Of a DNA stretch of 64,000 nucleotides, positions 47,283 through 57,094 are shown in pieces. This stretch comes from Fibrobacteria bacterium (GTDB taxonomy: Bacteria > Fibrobacterota > Fibrobacteria > UBA11236), in NCBI GenBank assembly GCA_041746255.1, contig JBGTHM010000030.1:13177-77176 (forward strand). The letters are read 5' to 3'. The notes under the pieces were generated by a model. It did no database searches, was not told the origin of the DNA, and saw only the letters and a program-made list of their open reading frames with translations. Every line of letters begins with the position of its first letter. Position 1 is the stretch's first letter. The translations under genes and the position numbers were made by a program.

Positions 47283-49796
47283 ATGAGAAACCTCCGCAAA
47301 GATTTCGCCAAGCTTCTCTGCGTGTCGCTATTAGCGCCCGTCGTAGTGCATGCCTTGAACGGGTTCGAAGTCGAGGGGGGGCAGGTGGGGCAAAGAGTGC
47401 TTACCCTGGCCATAGACGATTCGGTGCGGCTCCCTGACCTTTCCAAACTCCAGGTAAGCGGTCATCAAATACAAGCGGCCGTCTTTATTGAAGAATACGA
47501 TTTGCCCTTCGTCGTCTCCCCGAATCTGGTGGACGCCGTCGCGGACCCCACGCTTCGGGTTATTCGACAGGTGCGGCCGGGCCTGTATGAATTCGAAAGT
47601 TCCGCCGGGTTTCTTCCCCGTCAGGGCATGATTCTCAGCGATACCGCATTGGGGGGAGTGTTGGTGCGGGTCAACCGATTCGAACCGACGCCAGGCAAGG
47701 GAGGATTCCGGCGCCGCTGGATGCTCGAAACCGTTCCGGCGGCATTGACCGACGCCATTTTTTCCTGTGATCTTTTTTTCAGCACCGATATTAATCTGAA
47801 CTTGGCATTTCGCGAACGCAAAGGCTCGCGAGAGGTGGAGGATATCGGTACGGGCGCCGGGCTTCCCGAAAACGGTCTCCTGGAATTCTCGCTCTTGGAT
47901 GGGAAGGTACTGGCCAGTCCCCGTTTAACGGGCCGCTTACGCATCAATGATGGGCGGGTTGAGGTCTTCACGTCCTCCGTTGAGGGAGAGTTCGAATATA
48001 TCGGGAAAATGGAAAGCTCCCTGCAGGGTGTGGGAAATTATCGCCTTGAAGAAGCGCTTCCCGAAGGTATCGCTATCAACATCCCTCTCGAGAAGGGACT
48101 TTTCTTGCGAATTTCGCATCGAGCTCAATTCATCGTCGAAGCCTCTTCGATTACCGGTACTCTAACCGGGCGGGCGGGACTGGACCTGAAAAGCCGCGTT
48201 CGCAGTTCTCTCGATTTTGCCAAGGGCGAATGGAACCCGACCTCGCATTACACTCTTTTGCCCAATTCCAAAACCAGACAACACGTGGAAGGTGAGGGAA
48301 GCATGAAGCTTACACTGCAGTCCAACCTTGACGTACGTCTTAACGGTCGCCAGGGTCCGGTGCACATTTTCGAGCCATACATGCGGTTATCTTCCGAGAG
48401 CCTGTCATCCGCCCCCGCATCCCCCTTCGACCCCGCCGGTCGCGGTACCAATCGTTTTGTCAATGTGGGATTACACTCCCACCTGTTTCTAGGAGTCAAT
48501 CTGGATGGGGAGGCGGTCAGACGAAATTTCCAGGTATTTTCCCGGGAGCTGCCTTTCCTGGCTCCCCCGGCTCGAGGAGCACTTTCCCTGAGGGAGGTTG
48601 ACTCGAGCCAGGCGGTGCTGGTTTACCATGGTCCTCCCGGGGTGGAAGCTTTTCAAGTCCAGGTTTGGGAAGAAGGGCAATGGTGGAATTGGTCGGAATC
48701 ACCCGGTCCCCGTATCCGGCTTTCCGGCCTGGCTCCGGGAAAAACCTATCGTGTGCGTGTCGTAGGCATCAACGCCATGGGTTCAGGTGAACCCTTTCCC
48801 CAGGATGGCCTGAGTTTCACCACTGCCCAAAGGAACCAACCTCCTTTTGTTCCCGAAGCTTATTTTCCGTATCCCGGCGCTTTAGCCGGCCAATTGAATA
48901 TCGAACTTTCTTGGAAGGGGGGAGACCCGGACGGCGATGAAGTCTTTTACGATGTTTATCTGGATACGTTGTTACCACCTAAACAGCAAGTGAGTCAGGG
49001 TATAAAGGATTCCAGCCATATCCAGGCAGGCTTAAAGCCTGGCACACGCTATTACTGGAAAATCGTGGCCAATGACGGAAATGTCGCAACCGAAAGTCCG
49101 ACCTGGAGTTTTACCACCTTGGAGGCTCCCCAGGTAGCCAAGCCCCGGGTTCACCCGGAGCCCTCAGAGATGCTATTCCTGCCGGGTGGATCGTTTCTGA
49201 GAAAGGATGGAAGGCGCGTCGAGGTTCGCAAATTCTTCCTTCAGAAATATGAAGTGAATCAAGCGGATTTCCGCAAGGTGATGGGCATCAATCCTTCCCA
49301 CCACCATAACGATGCCTACCCCGTAGAAAAGGTTTTGTGGGAAGAGGCTGCGACCTATTGTAGGGAAATCGGCGGCCGGCTTCCCACGGAAGCGGAGTGG
49401 GAATATGCGGCCCGCGCGGGGTTTTCCGGGGGCGATTTCTGGGGGAATCCAAATCCGGATCAATACGCCTGGTACTTCACCAATTCCAGTCAACGTACGC
49501 ATAGGGTGGGCAAAAAAGATGCCAATCCCTGGGGTTTGCATGATGTTCTGGGCAATGTCTCGGAATGGGTGCAAGATTGGTATGGAGAGTATTCTCCCGA
49601 TGATCTGGATAACCCTACCGGGCCCGAAACGGGGACGACCAAGGTGGTTAGGGGCGCGAGCTGGTACAGTGAGCCGCAAAGCCTCAATCCCACCAAACGT
49701 TTCTCCAATCGTCCGGGCTTCCGGAATTATAAAGTGGGTTTCCGTTGCGCCGCCGACGTGGGATCCGACGACCGGATAAGTTCAACGGACGATTGA
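47283..49796 (+). CDS. Secreted protein with fibronectin type III domains and a C-terminal FGE-sulfatase (SUMF1-like) domain
   Basis: GLAPGKTYRVRV and GLKPGTRYYWKI (FN3); RLPTEAEWEYAAR, NPWGLHDVLGNVSEW, RGASW and GFRC. Confidence 0.88.
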   Translation: MRNLRKDFAKLLCVSLLAPVVVHALNGFEVEGGQVGQRVLTLAIDDSVRLPDLSKLQVSGHQIQAAVFIEEYDLPFVVSPNLVDAVADPTLRVIRQVRPGLYEFESSAGFLPRQGMILSDTALGGVLVRVNRFEPTPGKGGFRRRWMLETVPAALTDAIFSCDLFFSTDINLNLAFRERKGSREVEDIGTGAGLPENGLLEFSLLDGKVLASPRLTGRLRINDGRVEVFTSSVEGEFEYIGKMESSLQGVGNYRLEEALPEGIAINIPLEKGLFLRISHRAQFIVEASSITGTLTGRAGLDLKSRVRSSLDFAKGEWNPTSHYTLLPNSKTRQHVEGEGSMKLTLQSNLDVRLNGRQGPVHIFEPYMRLSSESLSSAPASPFDPAGRGTNRFVNVGLHSHLFLGVNLDGEAVRRNFQVFSRELPFLAPPARGALSLREVDSSQAVLVYHGPPGVEAFQVQVWEEGQWWNWSESPGPRIRLSGLAPGKTYRVRVVGINAMGSGEPFPQDGLSFTTAQRNQPPFVPEAYFPYPGALAGQLNIELSWKGGDPDGDEVFYDVYLDTLLPPKQQVSQGIKDSSHIQAGLKPGTRYYWKIVANDGNVATESPTWSFTTLEAPQVAKPRVHPEPSEMLFLPGGSFLRKDGRRVEVRKFFLQKYEVNQADFRKVMGINPSHHHNDAYPVEKVLWEEAATYCREIGGRLPTEAEWEYAARAGFSGGDFWGNPNPDQYAWYFTNSSQRTHRVGKKDANPWGLHDVLGNVSEWVQDWYGEYSPDDLDNPTGPETGTTKVVRGASWYSEPQSLNPTKRFSNRPGFRNYKVGFRCAADVGSDDRISSTDD

Positions 49797-49832
49797 TTTT
49801 TAGTATGCTTAGCCTCTGATGAGAGCTCCGAC

Positions 49833-51338
49833 ATGAGCCGGCTTAAGGCATTGGGTAAAGAATCGCTGATATACGGCGTATCTTCCATCCTCAGCCGCTT
49901 CCTCAATTTTCTTCTGGTTCCCTTTTATACCCATGTGCTCACCACCGCGGAATTCGGTGTCAGTTATATCATTTTCGCCTTCCTGGCCTTTCTGAATATC
50001 GTCTATCAATTCGGGCTCGATTCGGCCTACCTGCGCCTCGGCGCCGATGCCGAAGGGGATGCGCGCCGGAAAATCTTCTCCTCCGCCTTTTGGAGCCAGG
50101 CGGCGCTCATGGGCTGTTTGTCGATAGGGCTTTATTTCCTCTTCCCTTCCCTAGGCCGCGCCTTTTTAGTGCCGGACGAATACCACCCGCTTTTGACCAT
50201 CGCCATCGGAATTCTGATTCTCGATACCTTGACGGTAACTCCCTTTGCGCACTTGCGCTTAACCCACAAGGCTTGGGCTTACGCGTCCATTCGTCTGGGC
50301 AACGTGCTTATCAACGTGGGCGCGAATCTGTATCTGGTACTGGTTTTGAAAATGGGCCTCATGGGAATCTTTCTTGCCAACCTGCTCGCCAGCGGGGTCA
50401 CCTTGGCGTTACTCCTTCCCGTCATCGTTTCGCAATTGCGGCTGCGGTGGTCGAAGCCGGAAATGCGGGCCTTGCTGCTGTTCGGCTTGCCGTTGGTTCC
50501 GGCCGGGCTGTACGGAATCGTGAACGAAATGGCGGGCCGGCTGTTTCTCAAAATGCTCGGGCCCGACGACATCGCGCGTCTCTATCCCGGAAGCGGTTAT
50601 ACGGTGCTGGAGCTGACGGGGATTTTTTCGGCGGCCTGGAAGTTGGGCGTCTTCGGTTTGCTGTTGGTGCAGATGTACCGCATGGCCTGGCAGCCTTTCT
50701 TTTTGCAGCGCTATAAAGATGCCGACGCGCCCCAGCTCTTCGGGCGCGTGTTGCGGGTTCTGACGCTTTTCGTATGTGGCGCCTCCATCGCCCTGATGCT
50801 TTTCCTCGACAAGCTGGTGGCGCTGGAATTCTTCGGACGTAATCTGATCCACCGCGATTTCTGGCCCGGGCTCGAAATCGTGCCCGCAGTCCTTTTATCC
50901 TATGCCTTTCAGGCCTGGTTCGTGCATTTCACCCTGGGCGTGTACATTGCGAAACAGACGCGTTACCTCATCTGGTGCAACGGAGTGGGGGCGGCCATTA
51001 CGGTTGCGGGCAATTTTCTGCTTGTGCCCCGCTTCGGGCTTTGGGGCGCCGTATTGGCGGCCAATTTCTGCTATCTGGTCATGGCCTTCATGCTCTACCG
51101 CCGCAGCCAACGGCTGTTCCCTATCGCCGTGGAATGGCGGAAAATGGCCCCTGTGCTGATTTGGGCCGGTTTAGGCTGGACACTGGGAACGGCTATTCAA
51201 ATCGATCCCAGCTTGCTGGGGTGGTTGGGCCGTATCGGCGCCCTCGCCCTTTTCATTGTGATTCCCTTTGTGCTGGGAGGCATTTCGCGCGCGGAGAGGG
51301 GTCAATTGCTTTCGATGCTGGGTTCCAAACGGTCCTAG
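49833..51338 (+). CDS. Polysaccharide biosynthesis flippase (Wzx/MOP family)
   Basis: About 14 TMs; LGKESLIYG...LLVPFYT, FGLPLVP and YRMAWQPFF motifs. Confidence 0.88.
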   Translation: MSRLKALGKESLIYGVSSILSRFLNFLLVPFYTHVLTTAEFGVSYIIFAFLAFLNIVYQFGLDSAYLRLGADAEGDARRKIFSSAFWSQAALMGCLSIGLYFLFPSLGRAFLVPDEYHPLLTIAIGILILDTLTVTPFAHLRLTHKAWAYASIRLGNVLINVGANLYLVLVLKMGLMGIFLANLLASGVTLALLLPVIVSQLRLRWSKPEMRALLLFGLPLVPAGLYGIVNEMAGRLFLKMLGPDDIARLYPGSGYTVLELTGIFSAAWKLGVFGLLLVQMYRMAWQPFFLQRYKDADAPQLFGRVLRVLTLFVCGASIALMLFLDKLVALEFFGRNLIHRDFWPGLEIVPAVLLSYAFQAWFVHFTLGVYIAKQTRYLIWCNGVGAAITVAGNFLLVPRFGLWGAVLAANFCYLVMAFMLYRRSQRLFPIAVEWRKMAPVLIWAGLGWTLGTAIQIDPSLLGWLGRIGALALFIVIPFVLGGISRAERGQLLSMLGSKRS

Positions 51339-51477
51339 ATTTACCCTCGACTTTTTTGAGCCGATCGATTCTGCTAGGGGCGCTCCCCGGCAAAGCCTAT
51401 ATTCAGCGGCAGGATATGGGGCAGGGATGCGCCGATATTCGGCAAGCTGGTAACCGGCATCAGCGGAGTCGTAATCC

Positions 51478-52371
51478 ATGAAAACACAAAGAAGCAGAAT
51501 CGCTTTGGGTCTGGGAATGGCGCTTATCGCCATCGGTGGTTATTTCATTTTTTCGCGCGCTGTCGATAGCGTCGAATCGGAAACCCAGGCCGTCTCTGCG
51601 ACCGCGGATAGGTTGGAAGACCGCGCGGAACGCAGCCGAAGATTGTCGCATCTGTTTGGGGAGCCAAAGCCGCTCGGAGAAATTTATGCGAAAAAAGTCG
51701 CACAGGGACCGGCGGACCCCATCGAGTTTGGCCGTTATCTCGTGCAAGACTTGCTCAATTGTTATGCTTGTCATTCGGCCGATTTCAAGACCAACAACGC
51801 CATGCACCCGGAAAAATCGCAAGGCTATCTCGGGGGAGGCAACCTATTGCTCGACATTGATCAACAGCCCATACGCGCCGCGAATATCACGCTCGACAGT
51901 GAAACCGGCATCGGATCGTGGAGCGAAGCGGAATTCGTTAAAGCCATGCGCTCGGGCATCCGGCCCGACGGCATCCCCTTCCGCTATCCCATGACCCGTT
52001 ATCCCGAATTGGGTACGGATGCCTGGCGCGCGGTGTGGGCCTATTTGAAAACCGTTCCGCCCATTTCCAATGCCGTGGAGCGCGATTATCCGGATTTCGA
52101 AGGGCGGGCCTCGCTGGGCGAGCGGCTCTACTGGAAAAATGCCTGCGTATCTTGCCATGGAGCCTCGGGAAAAGGCGTCGGCGATTTGACCCGAGTCAAT
52201 ACGGACTTCCCCCACGACTCCACCCTCATCCAGTGGATTCGCAACCCCTCGGCTTTCAATCCCGGCACCAAAATGCCCGGCTTCGATGGGGTTATTCCCG
52301 ATGAGAGCTTTGCCCCGCTGGTGGCTTTTCTTCGTGAACTTGCAGCCCGCAATACCGCTTCCGTGAATTAG
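51478..52371 (+). CDS. Membrane-anchored dihaem c-type cytochrome
   Basis: N-terminal TM; two CxxCH motifs (CYACH, CVSCH); NITLDSETGIGSWS; PM and KMPGF Met ligands. Confidence 0.88.
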   Translation: MKTQRSRIALGLGMALIAIGGYFIFSRAVDSVESETQAVSATADRLEDRAERSRRLSHLFGEPKPLGEIYAKKVAQGPADPIEFGRYLVQDLLNCYACHSADFKTNNAMHPEKSQGYLGGGNLLLDIDQQPIRAANITLDSETGIGSWSEAEFVKAMRSGIRPDGIPFRYPMTRYPELGTDAWRAVWAYLKTVPPISNAVERDYPDFEGRASLGERLYWKNACVSCHGASGKGVGDLTRVNTDFPHDSTLIQWIRNPSAFNPGTKMPGFDGVIPDESFAPLVAFLRELAARNTASVN

Positions 52372-52409
52372 GCCGCGGCCCTGTTTAAGCACTCCATCGA
52401 AATCCATTC

Positions 52410-52904
52410 ATGAACTTGCTTTTATCCTCGCTTTTGCTCAAACCCGAAAAACTCCTGGACGAGTGCGTTCAGGATCGGTTTCAGGCAAGTGGGCCCGGCG
52501 GACAGAAACGCAATCGGGTCTATAGCGGCCTGCGCCTTAAACATATTCCCACGGGTTTGCAGGTGACTGCTTCGGAGCATCGCGAAAGCCGGCGCAATCT
52601 CGACGAGGCTTTGCGCAAGCTGCGCCTGGAGCTGGCCTTGGGCGCCGCGGATGCGCGTGATCTCCCCGCGCCACCTCCAATAATGAACTTTCGGGCCAAA
52701 GTGAATTCCGCCCATGAGGATTTTCCGCTCCTCGCCTTCATGGCTTTGCGCGCTTTGGACGAATCACAGGGCAGATTGGAGGCGGCGGCGACGCGACTGG
52801 GGGTAAGCTCGTCGGCTTTGGCGCGTTTTTACAAATTGCACACAAACCTATGGACGCGTGCGGGGGCACTGCGTACAGCCAACGGTTTGGGCCCGCTCAA
52901 GTAG
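52410..52904 (+). CDS. Peptide chain release factor-like (GGQ) protein
   Basis: ASGPGGQKRNRVYSGLRLKHIPTGL...R...N...AL..L domain-3 signature; no codon-recognition domains. Confidence 0.85.
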   Translation: MNLLLSSLLLKPEKLLDECVQDRFQASGPGGQKRNRVYSGLRLKHIPTGLQVTASEHRESRRNLDEALRKLRLELALGAADARDLPAPPPIMNFRAKVNSAHEDFPLLAFMALRALDESQGRLEAAATRLGVSSSALARFYKLHTNLWTRAGALRTANGLGPLK

Positions 52905-54042
52905 AGACGGGTCCCGGAGTTACAAAATAGGCTTCGGCCAAATCCAGCGAGCCTATCCATCTATGGATTTCGGGCCATACCGACTCCACCTTGATTTCGG
53001 TGAGGCAGCGATGGTCGTTATATTTACACGGCGGATTATTCGAAACCGTATGGATGGTCCAGCAAGGCGCGCAATCCAGTTTACGATTGCGCACGACTAG
53101 GTGATAGGGCTCCCCTTCGTTGAACTGCCAATAACCGTAGGGGCCGGTGCGGCGCTCATCGGTGGGGCCGAAAAAAGCGATGCAGCGTTTTTCCAGCGCG
53201 ACGGCGATATGCATCAGGCCCGAATCGTTTCCGAGAAAGAATTGCGAGTGTTTGATAAGGGCTCCGAGTTCGCCCAGGGTTTTCGCCTCCATGTGAAATA
53301 AGGCGTCGGGGGCCAAGCGTTTTACTTGTTCACGTAGCATCCATTCTTCTTCTCCGCCCAGAAGCACGCAACGCAAGCCGAATTCGCGGTGGATACGCCG
53401 CACCAAAAACCCGAAGTCGCGCGGGGGCAGTCTTTTGCCGGCCATTCCGCGTTCGGCGCTGGAACCGGGATGGCATACGAAATAGCGAGTGCGGCTGAGT
53501 TGCTCTTCCTTGGGATGGGACAGCGCGATAGGAAAGCGCATTTGGGGCACTTGGTCGAAGGTTTTTCCCAAAAACGCCTCGACCAACCTTAAGTTTTGGT
53601 GCGTGTCGTGGGAATTGACGTCGAGGGGCAGAGAGATATCCTGCAATTGGGCGGTAAGCGGGGCATGGGGATAAGCGAAGCCGATGCGGGTACGGATGCC
53701 GGCAGACCGCGCGAAAACGCCGAATTTCCAATGGGAGCTGGGAAAAAATGCCAGGGAATAATCGAAGCGAAGCTTGCGAACCTGCCACAGGGCGCCCATT
53801 CCCTGCAACAACCCCTCCCGGTCGGGATCCCACTCCAGCACTTCCTGGAAATAGTCGCTAGCTTGAGCCATCTGCCCAATTGCGGATTTCAAAGCCAAGA
53901 GGTAGAGATTTTCGCGACCGATTTCGCGGGAAAGAAATTCGAGCGCAGGGGTGGCCATAATGAAATTTCCCAAACCGATGGGACATAAGACCAGGGTTTT
54001 TCGTCCTTTTGCAGGATTGAGAATCGCATCCGCCATGCCCAA
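52897..54042 (-). CDS. GT9 glycosyltransferase (LPS heptosyltransferase-like)
   Basis: IGLGNFIMATP, HPGS, GNDSGLMHIA, FGPT and CAPC motifs. Confidence 0.9.
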   Translation of the reverse strand: MGMADAILNPAKGRKTLVLCPIGLGNFIMATPALEFLSREIGRENLYLLALKSAIGQMAQASDYFQEVLEWDPDREGLLQGMGALWQVRKLRFDYSLAFFPSSHWKFGVFARSAGIRTRIGFAYPHAPLTAQLQDISLPLDVNSHDTHQNLRLVEAFLGKTFDQVPQMRFPIALSHPKEEQLSRTRYFVCHPGSSAERGMAGKRLPPRDFGFLVRRIHREFGLRCVLLGGEEEWMLREQVKRLAPDALFHMEAKTLGELGALIKHSQFFLGNDSGLMHIAVALEKRCIAFFGPTDERRTGPYGYWQFNEGEPYHLVVRNRKLDCAPCWTIHTVSNNPPCKYNDHRCLTEIKVESVWPEIHRWIGSLDLAEAYFVTPGPVST

Positions 54043-54172
54043 AAACTACTAAATGCCGGGATTACGGTTTGCAATTACCGGGATTTCGCCTACATTAGGT
54101 GAAGCACCCTGCGGTGCAGCCGGCTAGGGACCCGGTTATCGGTTGGTTCAATGCCGGAAATAGGAAAGCAGG

Positions 54173-55135
54173 TTGATGATGGGAACTCTCTCCAAACTTC
54201 GAGTACTTGCGCTGGTGGGGTCGTTGGCGATCGCGCCGGTTTTCGCTACGATATGCGATCAAACCTACCGCTTGCAATCGGCGACGGAAACAATCCTGGA
54301 AGGCCCAAGCCTGAATAACCTCACCGCAACCAAGAAGCAATTGAAGTTGGATTTGACGGATGCCACCATCCTGAAGAACGAAATGCAATACATTCTCCTC
54401 AAGGAATTCGAAGGGGCTTGCAATTATCAAAAGAGGATGGTGAAATTCCGCGCGCGACCTGCGAAAGCGAATTGGGCGAACGCCGAACAGGAACTTTTCG
54501 TGCGGCTTTATGATGCTTCGCTTGTCGGCTCTAATTTTAAATATTGGTTCCACATGTCAGCCGATACCAGTAAATTCCTTGGCTCCGATATTTTGGGTAA
54601 AAGCCAGCAGGAAACCGACTATACCAGGTGGCATATGATTGCCACCATGATCGATTCGACTAAAGGAGAAAGCGGTCTTTGGTCTGTGGGAGAACCTTAC
54701 TACCCCAGCCTTTCCATCCATTACGATTCGACGACGCTTGACTCCCTTTTTCTAAAATCATGGCGTGAAATTAAACTCGGACCGAACCGCCGAGCCCACT
54801 TCAAAGTGCAAATCATCAAAACCGTATACGATTCCATTGGGCCGACAACCCAATTGGCGCAACCTTTGGCCCGTGAGGGAAGAGCCGTGCCCGAATTTCA
54901 TGCTTCGCAAACCGGCAAATCGGTACTGATTCGTCTCAGTGAGAAGGCTCCCGATGCCGAGGTGATTACGCTGTATAATATGATGGGCCGGAAAGTAGCG
55001 GTATTGCATCCTACTGGGAATGCCTTTCAATGGAATGGCAAAACCGAGGGCGGCAGCGACGCGCCCAAGGGTATTTATTTCGTGCAAGGCCGGAGCGGAA
55101 TCCTGGGTAAATTCTTTTATTCGCCGGTGATTTAG
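54173..55135 (+). CDS. Secreted hypothetical protein with a T9SS/FlgD-like C-terminal domain
   Basis: Signal peptide (…APVFA); C-terminal LYNMMGRKV...WNGK...PKGIYFV. Confidence 0.75.
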   Translation: MMMGTLSKLRVLALVGSLAIAPVFATICDQTYRLQSATETILEGPSLNNLTATKKQLKLDLTDATILKNEMQYILLKEFEGACNYQKRMVKFRARPAKANWANAEQELFVRLYDASLVGSNFKYWFHMSADTSKFLGSDILGKSQQETDYTRWHMIATMIDSTKGESGLWSVGEPYYPSLSIHYDSTTLDSLFLKSWREIKLGPNRRAHFKVQIIKTVYDSIGPTTQLAQPLAREGRAVPEFHASQTGKSVLIRLSEKAPDAEVITLYNMMGRKVAVLHPTGNAFQWNGKTEGGSDAPKGIYFVQGRSGILGKFFYSPVI

Positions 55136-55149
55136 GCGCGATTGAAATA

Positions 55150-55176
55150 AGTAATCGTTTGGAAGTAACGATTACT
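55150..55176. promoter_or_regulatory. Perfect 10-bp inverted repeat upstream of the type III PKS (operator or terminator)
   Basis: AGTAATCGTT-tggaagt-AACGATTACT. Confidence 0.45.
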
Positions 55177-55349
55177 CTAACCTACTCTTTTTCGAAAGCT
55201 CCTGACTCTTCCCCCAATTCGCTTAATTCCGCGATCCGCCCGATATTCGGGCCTTTGCAACCGTTTAATTCAGTGGCCAAGCACCCGGTAAAATACTTAT
55301 TTCCCTCCATGGGTTTCCTATATCAATCGTTAATCGCTTAGTCGGCTCC

Positions 55350-56528
55350 ATGGCCATACTTTGTGATTTCCATTCCCACCGACCGCCGTACCGGATCAGT
55401 AACTCCGAGGCGGCGTCTTGGTTGGCGAGCGCGCATGGCCGGGCGGAGAAGACGCGCTCTACCGATCCGTACTTTTCGGAGACCGCGTTTACGGAGCGCA
55501 TGCATAGGCAATTGCTGCGTTTCGGACCGGGGTCGGAAAGCGTGGCCTGCCGAGGCCATCACCTGGAAGACTATGGACATCACGACTGGGAGCGCATGGC
55601 CATCCACCGCCTGCACGAATCCCCTAACGGCGAGGGCATCGGCCCGCGTATGGAAAAATTTTCGGAAATAAGCGCGGCCGTGCTGGAAGAGATTTATCCT
55701 GAGGACGCCAAAGCGCCCGACGATATCATCCATGTTACCTGCACCGGATATGTGGCGCCCAGCGCTGCGCAAAACCTGGTAGTCAAACGCGGATGGAGCG
55801 AAACCACCCGGGTTTTGCATGCCTACCATATGGGCTGCTACGCCGCGTTGCCCGCGGTGCGCATAGCCTCCGGGTTGTTGACGGCTACTCAAACGGGCAT
55901 CGCTTCGAGCCGCGTCGACATCGTCCATAACGAAGTGTGTACCCTGCACCTCGACCCCGGTCGGCATGAAGCCGAGCAATTGGTGGTGCAAAGCCTTTTC
56001 GGAGACGGCCATATCCGCTATTCCGTCCTGGCCGATGGTGAAGATGCCGCCGGCGTGCGCGATGCACACGGGCTGGAAGTTTTGGCCGTGCAGGAGACTT
56101 TGGTGCCGGACTCGGCTAACGACATGACTTGGATTCCGGGATCCCACGGTATGCGTATGAGCCTTTCGCGCGAGGTGCCCGAACATATCGCCGGCAAGCT
56201 GCGCGAATTCGTACAAAAACTTTACGCGCTCGGCGGCTACCGCCCAGCCGAAGTATGGTCAAAGCATCCCCGAACCCTTTTTGCCGTGCATCCCGGCGGG
56301 CCGCGCATCATCGATAGCGTCGCCGCCCTGCTCGAACTCAAGCCGGACCAGGTGGAAGCCAGCCGCCGCGTACTGAAAAACTTTGGAAACATGTCTTCGG
56401 CCACCGCACCGCATATATGGATGGACATGCTGCACGACGATTCGGTAGCGGCCGGCACTCGCATAATCAGCCTCGCCTTCGGCCCCGGCCTTACCATACA
56501 CGGCTGTCTGCTCAGGAAAATAAGATGA
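55350..56528 (+). CDS. Type III polyketide synthase (chalcone/stilbene synthase-like)
   Basis: Cys-His-Asn triad (HMGCYA, AVHPGGPRI, FGNMSS), plus HVTCTG, LFGDG and AFGPGLT. Confidence 0.93.
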   Translation: MAILCDFHSHRPPYRISNSEAASWLASAHGRAEKTRSTDPYFSETAFTERMHRQLLRFGPGSESVACRGHHLEDYGHHDWERMAIHRLHESPNGEGIGPRMEKFSEISAAVLEEIYPEDAKAPDDIIHVTCTGYVAPSAAQNLVVKRGWSETTRVLHAYHMGCYAALPAVRIASGLLTATQTGIASSRVDIVHNEVCTLHLDPGRHEAEQLVVQSLFGDGHIRYSVLADGEDAAGVRDAHGLEVLAVQETLVPDSANDMTWIPGSHGMRMSLSREVPEHIAGKLREFVQKLYALGGYRPAEVWSKHPRTLFAVHPGGPRIIDSVAALLELKPDQVEASRRVLKNFGNMSSATAPHIWMDMLHDDSVAAGTRIISLAFGPGLTIHGCLLRKIR

Positions 56529-57094
56529 TGGGGCTGGCGGCGGTGGGGCTCTTTCTGGGCCATTCCCTGCTCATGCTCCTCGACGAATTCCACTTCCATT
56601 ACCGGCGCGGTTTGCCCCGCTGGGAAAGATGGGGTCACCCGCTTGATACCCTGTCGGTGCTCGCTTGTTATCTCTTCGCCCTGTCCATGCCGTTTTCCAT
56701 AGGCGCGGCTTGGGGATATGCCGCCCTGGCAGTAGGCTCCTGTCTGTTGGTAACCAAAGATGAAGGGGTGCATGCGGAACGGTGCGGCAAAGGAGAGCAA
56801 TGGCTACATTCCGTCTTGTTCGTATTGCACCCGCTGCTGTTGGCCTTCGCGGGTTGGTATTGGTTGGTTACTCAAGGCCCGGCGGTGGAATCGGCGTTTG
56901 CCCGGGTAGGTCTGCCCGGGGTGTTTGAATTGGGTCTTTTCCGGATGTTTCTTCCCGTGCATGCGGGTTTGACCGCTCTTTTTCTTATTTACCAAATAAT
57001 ATGGTGGAATTGGATATGGAAAGAAAAACCGTCGAGCTTACCGAAAAGGCGTATGCCGTTGCCCAGCCGGAGAACGGAAGCCGCCGTGCGGTAG
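56525..57094 (+). CDS. His/Glu-rich integral membrane protein, unknown function
   Basis: ATGA overlap with the PKS; about 5 TMs; DEFHFH...ERWGH and DEGVH...EQWLH motifs. Confidence 0.75.
   Translation: MMGLAAVGLFLGHSLLMLLDEFHFHYRRGLPRWERWGHPLDTLSVLACYLFALSMPFSIGAAWGYAALAVGSCLLVTKDEGVHAERCGKGEQWLHSVLFVLHPLLLAFAGWYWLVTQGPAVESAFARVGLPGVFELGLFRMFLPVHAGLTALFLIYQIIWWNWIWKEKPSSLPKRRMPLPSRRTEAAVR

Noticed and set aside
49160..49796. FGE/C-type lectin-fold domain as a diversity-generating retroelement target
   Set aside because: I saw no template repeat copy of the 3' end and no reverse transcriptase in the window.
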